NCBI RefSeq assembly: GCF_009834535.1
Contig: NC_045697.1
Location: 85,438,001-85,502,000 of the forward strand
DNA from: Camelus ferus
Lineage: Eukaryota
DNA length: 64,000 nt
Direction: 5' to 3'
Shown here: positions 12,377 through 25,688 of the stretch, in pieces
Numbering within the stretch: the first letter of the stretch is position 1
How the letters are laid out: every line of letters begins with the position of its first letter
The notes under the pieces: generated by a model
What the model was told of the DNA's origin: nothing
What the model saw: only the letters and a program-made list of their open reading frames with translations
The model's database searches: none
Program-made: the position numbers and the translations under genes

Positions 12377-15369
12377 TCTGTAAACATTAATAATGTCATT
12401 TCTTACAGTGAGGAAATCAGTGTCTAAAGGCCCAGATTCACAGCTGTTGGACAGTCCATGGAACATTATGGTAAAGCCCCTGAGTTAAGACAACACCCGA
12501 GGAAATGTGGGCACCTCTCAATCTGCCATAAAGAGCTATATTGCCAGTTTTGCCCAGTTTTACTAAAGATCTCATACAAAAGGTGCAATATGGAAGTGTT
12601 TCATAAATTTGACCTCCATGGGTGAGAGTCCATTATAATGTCAAGCAAGGCTGCTTGGGTAATACCGAGTAAATGAAGGATGTGAACACTGTAGACAAGT
12701 TTGTTTTGAATTTTCTACTCAATGACAAAAGGATTTCCTAAAGGTAAATGTGAGAGCATGTATTTGTTCCAATCGTAAGTCAGAGCAAAATTTATGCCAC
12801 ATTCATCTTTGAACATGCCACTCCGTATTTAAAGAACATTGTCAGCTGGAAACAAGCACAAAGAGAATAGCTGAGAATAGACTTCCTGGTGATGTCCACA
12901 GGCAGGTCTGGGAGCCCATATGCATCTTAAATCAAAAGAGCCACCACTGAGATTCAGACACTGCTCAGCATTATTTAAACACTCCTAGATTAAGTGGCTT
13001 ATTTAGCCCCAAATAAATCACTGAAATAATTGGAAGCAGGAAGAGCTTTTGCACACTGTCCTTCTTTATTTGACTGCTGCACACATCTCTTCGTAAACTG
13101 GTTTTACCCAATGAAATGACAAGGGGTTTAGAACTACTATGGAATATGGTCAAATTAGTGAACCAGTAACACCATTGGTTCCAAAAATAAAAATGTGTAG
13201 GCACAGAATAAGCATCATAGGAAAACATTACCGAATCTTGTTAGGAATGCTGTTGGAAGTCGCTCTGATGGGAGGGTGGAGCCCAGTTCCTTTAAGAGGA
13301 AGGTTGGGACAATTGAGTTCACTCTCAGCTCCTCTCATTAAAAGGGACTTAAATGAAGACTCCTGACTGCGAAGGGGAGGCCAGCCAGGCTGGGTGAAGG
13401 AGGAGGCTTCTGCTAACAAGCCTGGTATGGGGCCTCACACAGAAAATCAGCACAATGGACTTCTTTTGTTGCTTCCACATGGCCTGATGTAGGAGAGAGA
13501 AGGCCCTGATGGGTTAGTTAGGGATATCCCCTTTGAGGGCGCCCTAGAAAAGGAGCCAGATGGTGAAATAAAGACCAGCTGAGATCAGTGTGACGGAGGC
13601 TCCACAGCACCTTTAGCTGTGGCTCTGTTACGCCAGGAGAAAACGTGTCTGTTCCCTTTCTAGTTAGATGCTCTGCTTGTGTGGTGTGGGTGGCTCAAAC
13701 GTGCTCCTATAAATGCAAAATGCCAAGCAATGCAGAGTGTTGTTTTAACTGTACACACAAAGGCGCCCCAATTAGCCCACTTCCCGGGATGTAAGTATTT
13801 TGTTGGTTGCCATTTTACGTTCTGCCTCTGGGGAGGAGCTGGGCAACCATAAATCGCAGATGGGCTGGTTGGGAAAGACTTACTCTAACCCACTTTAGCC
13901 AAGCAGCTCATGCTCTTTTAAGCACTTGCAATGTGCTCAGCACCCTCATGTCCTCGGCATCTGTGAGTATTCGGGCTTCCCAACAAAGAGGAGGACCTGG
14001 TCCCTACAGTTTATTCCCCGCTGCTTGGCCTTCAGATACTGTTCTTATCGTGAGTGAGTCCAAAGGAAAGGTCAGATTCAAAACTGGACAGTCACTATTG
14101 CAGGACTGTTTTCACAAGGAAAGTCTGAGGAAATCGCTCATGAATTGGTTTCTCCCTCATACACCAAATGGTGTTATAAAAAGTGCTGTGAAACCAATGG
14201 GATAGAACCTGGAGAAAGCTGCAGGATGGAGGCCTTGGAGGCTGGAGATGATACAAACGGTGAAGAAAATTTGCAGAGTTCACCTTTGTATTGTCATGAT
14301 TTTTGCTGCTTTGAAGGGATTCCCTTAAGAGATTTGTTTATTGCATCAAAGCAAGACAGCTGACTTTTCAGAATATCTATTATCTACACTGACACTGGCT
14401 CTTCAGTTTGCCAAACAAGAATTCTTGCCATATGTTTGGCATCTGTAAAGTAGCTTTTCTCCTTATCTTCAATCAGTGCCAGAAGTTCAGTGATCCTTCG
14501 CCACTTCATTACAAAGCACTGGTGGTTTCGTCTTGGTCTTGCTGGGTAGTATTGTGTTCAGTTAGCTAACGCGTTTCCCTTTTGCTTTCATTTCAGTTGT
14601 ACTTAAATGAAAAACTTATTGTTGACATTGGTTATTTTCAATTGTTAAACAGTCCTCAACTTTTGGGGGGTCAGTTTTAGGAATTTTATGTGTGATTCTG
14701 TTTGGGGAAAGACACGTACTGAGTCATGGCAGTCATGACATTGTTTATGGCGCAGGTCGACTGCTTCTCAAAACCCAGGCATCGTTATTAATCTTGCTCT
14801 AGACAAGCCTAAGTATCTACAAAGGTAGACCACCACCACCGCCACGGCCAACAGCAATGACACACTAGCTAGGGGATGGGGAAGTTTCAAGAGAATGAGC
14901 TAAAAACAGACAAGGTATTCCAATAAGTAGATTCTGGAATGGAAAAAAAAAAAAAAACCCTTATTGAAAAGAAAAACCAAACCTTGTGACCAAGAGTCCT
15001 GTGGAGGCATGCGCATGCATATGGCTTTCTTTTCATACTTCAAAATCTCACTTTAAGCACTGAGATCTTAACTATTTGTTGTTAAAGCCATTTCTAAGGA
15101 TACCTGAAAAGACTTCTGGGTGGAGTCTTTAGCACTAATAAAATTCAGAATGTCAGGATCACACTGTCTTTCCAGTTGGTCCACCATAGACTTTCTCAAT
15201 ATGGTTTTGGTCAGCTGTCCAACATGGGCTGGAGAGGTGAGCCCCTTAGAGCACCCTCTGCCCTGAACCTCTAGCTGCTACGTGAGCAAGCTTTCCCACT
15301 GACAGGACTTCTGCTGAAGGGAAGGCAAGTCCAGCTGGAGGCTTGCTCAGAAGCTGTGTGCTCACAGGA

Positions 15370-15738
15370 TGTCTGAGTCCATCTGAGCTGCTAAAATACC
15401 ACAAACTGAGTGGCTTATAGACAGCAAAGATTTCTTCCTCACAGTTCTGGAGACTGTAAGTCCAAGACCAGGGTGCCAACGTGCTTCGATTCTGGGGAAG
15501 GCCCTCTTCTGGGTTGCAGAACTTCTTGGCCTACTTCTTCTGGGTCCTCACCCTCACACTGTAGGGGAGTGAGCTGGCTCTCTAAGGCTTCTTTAATAGG
15601 GCACTGATCCCATTCATGAAGGCTCTGCCCTCGTGACCTAATCACCTCCCAAAGGCTCCACCTTCTAATAACATTACCTTTGGCATTAGGTTTTCAACGT
15701 ACGAATTTTGAGGGGACACAAAGATATAGACCATAGCA
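15370..15738 (-). mobile_element. MLT1A-like solo LTR
   Basis: TG...CA termini; ctcacagttctggagactgtaagtccaaga and cctaatcacctcccaaaggc. Confidence 0.85.
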
Positions 15739-15771
15739 CCAGAGTATCTTTAAGTCAGCAAGGAATACTCA

Positions 15772-16203
15772 CTTGAATTGTGCCCCCCAACCCCATCCAT
15801 ATGTTGAAGTCCTAACTCCCAGGACCTCATAATATGACTTTATTTAAAAATAGGATTATTGCAGATACAATTAAAGTTAGGATGAACTCATACTGGAGTC
15901 GGATGAACCCCTTTTCCAACATGACTAGTGTCCTTATAAAAAGGAGAAATTTGAACACAGATATGCATATAGGGAGAATGCCATGTGCAGAGGAGGCAGA
16001 TATGGAGTGAATGTTCTATAAGTGGAGAAAGCCAGCGATGGCTGGCTAACCACCATAAGCTAGGGGAGAGGCATGGAAAAGATTCTTTCCTACAGCTCTC
16101 AGAGGAACAACCCTGCTAACACCTTGATCTTGGACTCCTAGCCTTCAGAACTGTGAGACAATAAATTTATGTTACTTAAGTAGCCCGGACTGTGGTTCTT
16201 CAC
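15772..16203 (+). mobile_element. MLT1B/C-like LTR
   Basis: ttgaattgtgcccccc...ccttgatcttggactccctagccttcagaactgtgagacaataaattt. Confidence 0.85.
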
Positions 16204-16849
16204 CACTTAGTCAGGTCCAAGCCTGCTAAGAAATTTCTGAGGCAGTCTTATATGACGGTGTCATCTCTGCAGGTGTTTTTATTTTCTGGTTTCTCCAGAC
16301 CTTGGAAAAATTTTGTGAGGAACTCTAGGCTGAAACTGTTTACCAGACCAGGACCAAAACCATATTGAGAAAGTCGATGGGGGACCAACTGGAAAGACAG
16401 AGGAGGAATGTTGTTTTTCTTTATTCCTTCAACTCCTGAACCTTGATCTGCAATTGCCCAATAGCCTAGCTTGTGGGGGCTGGGGGGGGGGGGGGATCCC
16501 AGGAGCAGGAGCTGTGCACAGAGCTGTGGAGGCTCGTTGCTCTGAGTATGATTTCTTCATGAATTTTGAATTAAATAGCCATTGATCTGACCCTCAAGTT
16601 TTGCTACCAGATTAGCTAATCTAAGTATATTTTAAGTTTCCAACTAGAGAATAGAAAAGTTAAGTGGAATTTGAGTTGATGTGGAAATATACTTACCTCT
16701 TAAATGTTAGATTCACACTGCATTAGAATGAATTAAAATTAACTTTAATATTACTACTATTAATAATGTTCAGCACTACCATGTTGATGCCATGGTGGTA
16801 AAGCAGTTTCTGAGGTTTTGCTGAAATGTGACCACCGCTAATAACAACT

Positions 16850-16955
16850 GTTTTTTGAATGCCTACTATATGCCAGGTGATTTATGTATATTATCAATCA
16901 CCCAAAAACTCTTGTCAGAGATGTAAACCTGCAGTTAAGATATAGGGACTCTGTG

Positions 16956-16992
<37 letters not shown>

Positions 16993-17070
16993 CCAAGTAA
17001 ATTGCTTAAGATTGTCCAGGTAGTAAGTGGAAGAGATGGACTCAAATTTAGGTCTAACTTCAAATCCTAC
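16850..17070 (-). mobile_element. MIR interrupted by an A34 run (16958-16991)
   Basis: ttgaatgcctactatatgccagg...aagtaaattgcttaagattgtccaggtagtaagtgg. Confidence 0.6.
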
Positions 17071-20000
17071 AAATTTCCATGACATTGTGTTATTATTATT
17101 ATTTTTTTTTCTTTAAGAAGGAACGTTATTTTAATGTAGTTAGAAACAATAACATATTTTTATTTTAAAATTTTGCAAGGCAGAACAGGAACATATTCAA
17201 TCATAAGAGTAAGTTTGCTCTCCCAAACCCCAGGAAAATAATGGATGCCTTTCCAAAGGAAGCTGCCATTCCTCCACTGGTTTTGTAGAGCGTTCATCTA
17301 CAGAATTTAATTTTTTTCTAGATTCCCAGTTTTAAATAAAATTACTTTCTGCATCTTCTACATTTATTACACTAACTTTAAAATATACTAATTAGTTGAT
17401 GGACATTGAACTAAGGAATTTTCAGTCTAGTAATTATGTTAAGTGGTGGCACCTACTGACGATGAATGATACTGCAGTCTAACATCGTTAGAAACCGATT
17501 CTCAAGACTTGAATATAGGAAGAAACTGTTTTGTTAGGTTTTAAAACTACAGAATGCATCTTCCTGGGGAAATATGCTATGTCTAGACTATCAGCAGTTA
17601 CAGAGCATGCATGTCACATTTGTCTGACATCTCAGTTTTATTCAAACTTTATATATGAAAACAAATAAATACTGTGACTTAGACGGCACAATTAGCCTGA
17701 AATTTTTTTTTTTATCTATGATGGAAATCTTCCAAAACTGTCTATATTTCAAACACGTTCATTCCACGTCGGTGGAAAACTTTTAGAAATATTGGGTCTA
17801 GCTCGTTCCCTTTGTGCCAAAGATGAAAGAGTCTTGTCCCAGCACTGGGTCTAGGCTCAGAGACGAGTTCAGGCAAGACAGAGTTCTAGACTCTTACTCT
17901 TCATTCTTTTCATCTGAATTCACCACAGGATCCCCATTTGTGTAGTATATACCCAATCCAAAGAGAAAAAATGTTAAATTTGGAAATCACAAACATATGG
18001 TCAAAAGAATTTGGGGAATGTGAGAAGTTCCATAACCTTGGAATGACTGAAAATTGGTAGCGATGGTAGAATTAAAATCTACCATGTGAGAAATTCTGCA
18101 AGTTTTTAAAGGACTGTGAGCAACTTCTAGTAAGTCCAACAGCAAGCACAATTTCAAACCTGATAATCAGTCTCTTTTTGCTGGAAGTTTTAAAATTCAG
18201 TTCTACTTGGAGTTCTTGGTTAGAAATATGCCTTTAATTTTATCATGTAAGACAACAAATAAATCACCAGCATTAGCTGCAAAACACAGTCAACATCCTG
18301 AAACACATCTATTATATATAAAGAAAGATACTCAAATTTAGGCAGAATTTTTAAGTTCAAAGAATAGCTTTATAAAACTGAAGAATGAGTCTATTTATTA
18401 TTTGATTTACAGCTGGTTAGATGTCCAGATTTTTTTTCTCATACATGCCTTTGTGTTCTACTTTGCTCTGTCAGACACCAAAGGGACTTAGGTGTAGCCT
18501 AACAATAGGCAGGTCACTTCAAAATTGCCAAGTGATTGCTCAGAATGACATCATAGACCGAGGCTGGCAGAAGTAAGCACTGAAAATAGGTACGGATATA
18601 TTACTCTAGCAAATAGCCAAGCCTGACTCAGATATGTGCACATTAGCTGCTACCATGTTGCTGAGAAGACATGCATTTGGCTTTTATTCAAAGTGACTTG
18701 GTCAACATGGAAACTTTATTGTTGCACGTAACTAGTGTTTCAGAGGTAGGGAGGCTCCAGGGCTTGTTAATTCAGCAAATCAAGAAAGCTATTAAATATT
18801 CTGAGTTATTCTTTTCATTCTATCATCCTTGCCATCTTGGACAGGCACTTTCATGCTTGCAAAATGATTACACATCACACCCATTCCTCCCATCATCTGC
18901 AGCTGTGTCTTCCTCATCGGGATCTGTAACACCGACTCTCAGGGTGTCCTTCCTTCTCTGTACTTCTAGCCTGTCCCATCCACTGAAGTTAACCCTGTGT
19001 CTTTGAGTGATATGTGACAAGATAACCCTTTTTCTGTTTGGTCTACTCTTTTAATAAGCATAATATATCTGAACTTAACAGAGAATAATCACTTTTTATG
19101 CCTCTGTCTTGCAGAGGTTAATCTTTGGATGGACTTCTGATTTTTGGTTAATTCTATTTACGTTCTCTTTCTCAACATGCCTTAAAATCTTCCGAAGGTG
19201 AGAACAGTTCACAATGTGAGGCTTGTTACTTGCAAGCTTCACATGAAAAGATGTGAAAGGTCGTACAGTAAAAGCTGGGTTGGACAAAGTGTTTCCTGCA
19301 GTTACAAGGACAGGAAATCCTTCCCTGCACAGCTCCTGTTTTCCTCCTACCAAGCACACTCTGGGAAATGTTACCCAAGAGAAATCTCTTTAACCAACAC
19401 AGTAAGCAAAGGGAGTTGACATATGTTGATCACCACCCAAGTGCCAAACTTCACATATTTGATATGATTTAATTTAAAAAAAATCTTAGATTACTTTCTT
19501 GTCCCTTTTCAGTTATGAGAACTGAGGGTCATTAACATTACACACACTTGCTCATGTTCATACCTGAGGCAATCAGGAGCGAAATCCTTACCTGCCTCCA
19601 AATCCTTTGCTCTTTCTACAAAATTTTCTACAAAATTTGCTCACTTATTACATTCTTATTTGATAAAACAAAATTTCTTGCAGGACTTAAGATAAAAGCT
19701 CTCAATTACTTCTATTGGTAAAAAATCCTTATTTTTAACTTGACAACTTTTTTCATTTTACTGGAAAGCAATAGGTAGAGGGCACAGGAGATAGATGCTA
19801 AATTATTTGGTAATGAAGCAAGAATTAGAATTAATGTTCCAAGGTAAATTAAAAGTTTGCCAAATATTGGTAGTGGTAATTTCTTCTGAAAAACATGATA
19901 AAATTGGAAAATAATTAAATTTATGATTATAACATGAATTTATGTCAGAAACATTGGCTCTCTACTTTCCTATATTTAAAAAAATTCATTTTAACTTTGT

Positions 20001-22149
20001 AAATTTTTTTGGTAATGAATCTGTGCCCTAGGATTAACTTTAATGCTTAATAGTAAATATAGACTTCTGTCATAGTGTTAGAGCCTTATTAAATTAGGAA
20101 TAATATAAAGTAAATAAAAGGCTAGTTGTCTTTTTGGGAAAAATGGGTCTACATTTTGCTGATTATTGAAATATTAATACATAATATTACATTATATGTA
20201 TAATAATACACGTAATTTTATGTAATAATAATATACAATGATATATTTTGATTAAAAAATTTACAAAATTTTACTAGAATACTTAAATATTATATTTTGC
20301 TCAATTTAAATTGCCAAATTTTGATTGCTGCCTGTGATTTATAGAAGGTAGATGATACTTCTAGAGACCTTGAAAGACTAAGGAATAGGTTGGAAATTAA
20401 AAGGAGCTTCAATCTCCCCCCAGCTTCAATGCATTCTCCCCACAGCTGCTAGAATAATTTTCTTTAGACAATAGAAAGAATAGAACTGGCCTCTCTTTCT
20501 TTTGTATCACCTATCACGCCACACACACTACAGTTTGGTGCAAACAAAAGAAATTTCCAGTACATGACATTGTATTAGAATGTAACATCCAAAATAGATC
20601 ATTGATGAAGATGAGAGTTAGGATATGTGTAGACTTGACCAATTGTCCAAAGATGTACTGATTCACAGAAAATTTTGAAGCCATCGGGAATTTTACCTTA
20701 ACTTCTCATTGAGGAACTACTTTGTATTTGAAGCAACATCTTGCTGCAGAATAAGCTGAAATTTGTAAAGCTAGGATTTAACTTGGCTGGAAAGAAACAC
20801 CACCTGATTTTTTAAAGCAGAACTCATCTGGTATAGCTCTTCCACAAAGGAATTCCATTTCCTATGATTTATTTATTAACAACCTATTAAAATGTAAATT
20901 ATCAGTTATATGCAAGCAGGCACTTCATTGAAAGAAATCAGGAAATTAGACATGGGCTTTGGTGGTTTTATTTCATTGCAACTTTTCCCAAAGTTGCTTC
21001 ATTTAAATACCTTCTTAAGGGGCTTTGTCAGATTTCAGAGGAAATTCAAATGAATAATGAAATCTTATATTTTATTATAGTATTTTCCACTTTAATGTAT
21101 ATTAAAATGTACTGTGCAGTGATCCAAGGTAATATTTTGTAAGACTGGCAAAAATAACATTTGAATTGTTTAACTCCTCTGATTATATTGGATTTGATTA
21201 TGTTATTATAAGGCTACCATCAGTTCTACTTTCCATTTTAAAAGATATAATAAAAATATGTATATGTATATGTATGTAAATTCCTCACAAAATCCTTGAC
21301 ATAAACTCTGAGCTTTAACTCCATATTTGTGATTAAGATTCTTTTGTAGGTTGGAGAAACTAACTGACTTAAAGAATTGATTGGAGAGATACTAGGTTAC
21401 TCAGATGAATAACAAACAGGGAAGTTGTAGAACATGGTCAGTCTTCAAGGCCAGGGTGGCAACCACTGCCTCCTGTTGACTTGAAGTCAAAGTTCTGGCA
21501 AAGGAGCAGCCAGCTGGCCTGGTTCAGATCACCTGGTTGCCTGTCCCTTGCCTAGGAGAGGACAGGATACTCCTCTTGGAGAGAGGGTAAGACCTCAAGG
21601 GCATCTGAAAATAAGTGACCATCATTATACTTATGACAATGGGGTAACGGTTTGTTGCTGCTGACAGGAGGACGAGAGTTGGAAGTTGGAGTAAAGGTCA
21701 GAGACTGAACACTAAGTGTAAAAAGGAGGAAGAGAAAGTAAAAATAAAAATAACAAGACAGAGGTGTAGCAGAGGGCAAGGCAGGGTGCACAAACACTAG
21801 ATAGGAACCTGCAGCGGGGAGTTACAGATGCAATCCTCACTACCCCACAATCTTCAGGACAGCCTGTACAAACCATGAGAAACTTGCTGCAGGGATGAGA
21901 TTACTTGTGGATCCTCTGAAAGGTTCTGAATTTCACATCTGGGTTTCCATCTGGGCTGACATGAGGTTTGGAGGTCATGGTGAGATAGTAAAATGAAGAT
22001 GGCGAAACAGAGATGGCAAGCCATCTCAGAGGGTCTGGAAGGCACCGGGTAGTGTGTGGAATGCTTACTCTGGGAGAATCTGAAATTCACAGAGGTTGAG
22101 TAGTTTGGTCAAACTCACAGAGTTACTGTGCTGCATGCCGGAGGTATAA

Positions 22150-23019
22150 ACATAACTAGGGTACCACTCTCTAGGAGCAAGCAGACAAGCACATAAACCA
22201 GTAGTTTATAGAACAGTGTTACTAGCATGATGGTGGTAAATGTATGCAGCAGGGGTGTTTGGGAGCACAGAAGGGGAAACGAGCAAGTGCCTCGGGGGAG
22301 ACTTCTCTGAGGGCAGCTCTCTATGAGGCCGGGAAGGACGCCGCTGACTTGGCAGTGGAGGGTGCTGGAGGAAGACCTGTTTGGTTGTGAGTTGTCTTGG
22401 AAGCCATAATAAGGATTTGTGCACTATTCTACAGGCCACTGCTTTCTAAGCTTTTAAAACAGGGCACAACTTTGGTCAAATGAACTCTTAAATGGAGCTC
22501 TAATCTCCACGCCCAAAGGCAGGGAAGCTTCGCTGTGATCAGGTAGGTCCAGGGCCCTGCGCACTTGCCTCTCCATCACCCCTAGTGGTGACTCTTAGGA
22601 CTGCTCCAGGAGACTTCATAGAAACAGATTCAGAAACCAGAGCCTCTGCCAGTTTTACTGGGCTGCCAAAGGGTGACATGTAAGCTATCTGACTCATTAT
22701 TCGAAATTTATTATTTCTGTGAGTGTATGGGGGCTGTACACAGATTTGTTTTTTCACCAACACCAATTCTATTCCCACACTGTTTCCTTAGAAGAACTAA
22801 GCAATTACAAAGAGTGTTGGTTATAAATAAAAATCTTTTGCACATATTGTAATAGTGTCCTCACTGGTCTCCCCCAGTCTTCTACGGCACATTCAGGTGC
22901 ATGTGAGGGATGCTGGGGAAAGCAGTGGCTGGGTGTCTGGGGTAGCTCAGTGTGGAATCAGAACAGCCTTGAGATGGTCTACAAAACTGAGCTCTTTCAG
23001 CTCAGGGCTCCGTGCTGCT

Positions 23020-23050
<31 letters not shown>

Positions 23051-23480
23051 GCCGCTCCTGGAGAGGTTAGGAGGGATGCAGGGCAATGTGTTCAGCTGAG
23101 ATGTGGACCGGAGGTGTAGCCCAGGTGAGGGGTGATGCAAGCACATCAACAGATGCTGAGGGGGAGGGCTCAGGAGAGAAACAGAGAGATTCAGGAGATA
23201 TTGGGGAGGTAGAATGGGCAGCAACCTGATGGCCCTTAGAAGAAGCAGAGGGCAAAGGGGCCAGTGTTTCACAGGTCTCTGGTTTGCAGGACTAGATGCA
23301 TGACAATTCTGTAAATGAAAAGAGCGAATAGAAGACAGAATGGCTTTAGAAGGGAAGGCGTGATTCATCAGTTTAGGACCTGCTGAGCTCTTTATTAGGA
23401 ATCAAGAGAGGGGTCTGGATTATGAAATAGGAATCTGGAGACCCCCCAACGTAAGTTCCCACATCTCCTGAGAGCACTTG
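22150..23480 (-). mobile_element. Degenerate LINE-2 fragments (discontinuous)
   Basis: L2-like purine-rich segments at about 22150-22470 and 23050-23480. Confidence 0.45.
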
Positions 23481-25547
23481 GGGTCATACTGTTTATGTTC
23501 ATGCTAGCATCCATCATGCCTTTTTTGAAACTTGAGTTACATAAAAGGAATATGAGAAGACTATAAAAAATAGAGGAAATTGAAGAGAAAGACATATTTT
23601 CAGTTTAAGCAATTCAGGAGAGGTCAGGAAGCAGGAAGACATCGGGGCCTCCACCCAGGAACAGAGAGAAAGGACCTATGGAACTTAAACAGGATCAAAG
23701 GAGGAGAGAAGGTGTAAGTCTCATTCCTGACATGCCAACTCGTGCTCAAAGCTGTAACCCCTTATGGGAAATGCAGAGGATCTCAGCCTAGGTGGGGCCC
23801 TGCGATCTTGCTCACGTATGCCCTCATCCTGCCTTCCCAGGGCAAGTGGATACAGCCTGAGTGTGGCAAATGCCCGGGAGGTGACACACTGAGCAGCGTC
23901 ATCAGCACCCTTATCTCTTAAAATACCCTCCAGATATGACTGTGTCAGGATCAAGGTTTTGTTCCACTTTGATTCTCCCAGCAAGCTCTCATTCCGTTCC
24001 CAGAGCTGGCTTGTTCCTGCTGCGGTGTGCTCTATGTGTTCTTTCCTGAGTACACAATCTACAAACCAGATTTCCAGGGGGACCAAGAGAAAGGTTTTCT
24101 TCCTTTGATTCCTTTTTCCATTTTTCTTCTGCTTCAGCACAGCCAGCCCCCCTGTTTGCAGAGGCGTCCCGCGTGGAGGGGGCTCGTGCTTATCAGCTGA
24201 GTGTGTCTGTGTTGGCTGACAAGGGTCATCATGCCACAGCCACAGAGGAGGAAGAAGGGAGCCGTGAGTTCCCCCACAGTTGTGCAAAAGGGATCGCCAG
24301 TCCACCCAAGCACACTCCTGCCAGCCGAGGGCAGACTCAGGAAAATCAAAATAAGATGGACACTCCCAGCAAGTTAATTCTCAGTGGTAAGTTGAACATG
24401 CAGGGAAACCTAAGGGTTGGGTGTAGTTTACTGAAGAAGTGGGTCATGAGCCTTATAAATTGTACTCTTCCTTCTGATGCTGAAATGGAATAAAGTGGAA
24501 GAAGAGCAGAGAGGAATTATTTCAACTTCTGAGCGCAGGGCGCAAATCAGTGAAACTCACATGCAAACATTAAATTCTCTTTATGCTACTTAGAGCGTAA
24601 GTAGCAAGTAGCAAGTTAACTGGTTTTTTCTTTCAGCGGCTTAGGATAGAGTTTGTCAATATTCTTGGCAATATATTATACACACAAAGATTTGAGGCAA
24701 GATGGAAAAAATTAGTGTGATTATGCAAAATTTTCTATTTAAAATCTACCCAGCCATTAATGGAGAAATTACAGACCCCCCAGTGTTGCCTAGAAGGTTG
24801 GGAAGGCAGAGGCAGGGTGTGTGTGTGCACACGCGTGCATGCGTGGCGTCTGGTGTCTGGCTGAACTCGTGGGTGTGTGCCTAACAAGTGTACTGGTAGA
24901 ACTTTCCTCGTCTATGGAATCACAAAGGCTAAATGTATAACTGTTTCCCTTTGACACTTTTCTCCCTTGGAACAAAGACTGATGAGAGTGAAGAGTAGAT
25001 ATGTGAGAAGGAAACTAGGCAAGGGAAATGATTTCTAAAATTATTGAAAAGCAGGGATTATAGCAAATATTTTCTTTCCTTTTGAGCTGATAATTAGAGC
25101 TTAAGCAATTTTGAGCCAGCAAAAAGAAGTTCATGGGGTGGTGGCAGTGGCAATGCATCTGATTTTATATCTCCTTAGGATTTACTGTCATTCAGGTGCC
25201 CAGGAAGATGGGAAGAAAAATGACAGAAATGAAAAGTGGCAAAAGGACCCTCAAATTGAGGAGAATAATGGCTGCTAAATGACTCTGTCCTCCCCTCCAG
25301 GTATGGATTCAACCAAAAATAGTGCACAGAGCAAGAGGCAATGTGAGATATTTTGTGCTGCCTAGACATTTTTGAAAATAAGTGGGTATTTAAAGAATAA
25401 TTGTTAAATTGAATTATTGAATTGGGAGATCATATGTCCTTTAGATTCAATTCTACCAGTGACTGAGCTACATGAAAAAGTACTGGTACATGAAAGCAAC
25501 CATTCAGGACCATACTTGTACATTTAATGCATTTACATTTTTAAATT

Positions 25548-25624
25548 TTAATTTATTTTTTATTGAAGTATAGTTGATTTACAATATTGTGTTAGTTTCT
25601 GGTGTGCAGCAAAGTGATTCAGTT

Positions 25625-25688
<64 letters not shown>

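Noticed and set aside
23721..24305. Longest ORF in the track (194 aa)
   Set aside because: No recognisable domain, includes low-complexity stretches, and has no supporting exon structure.
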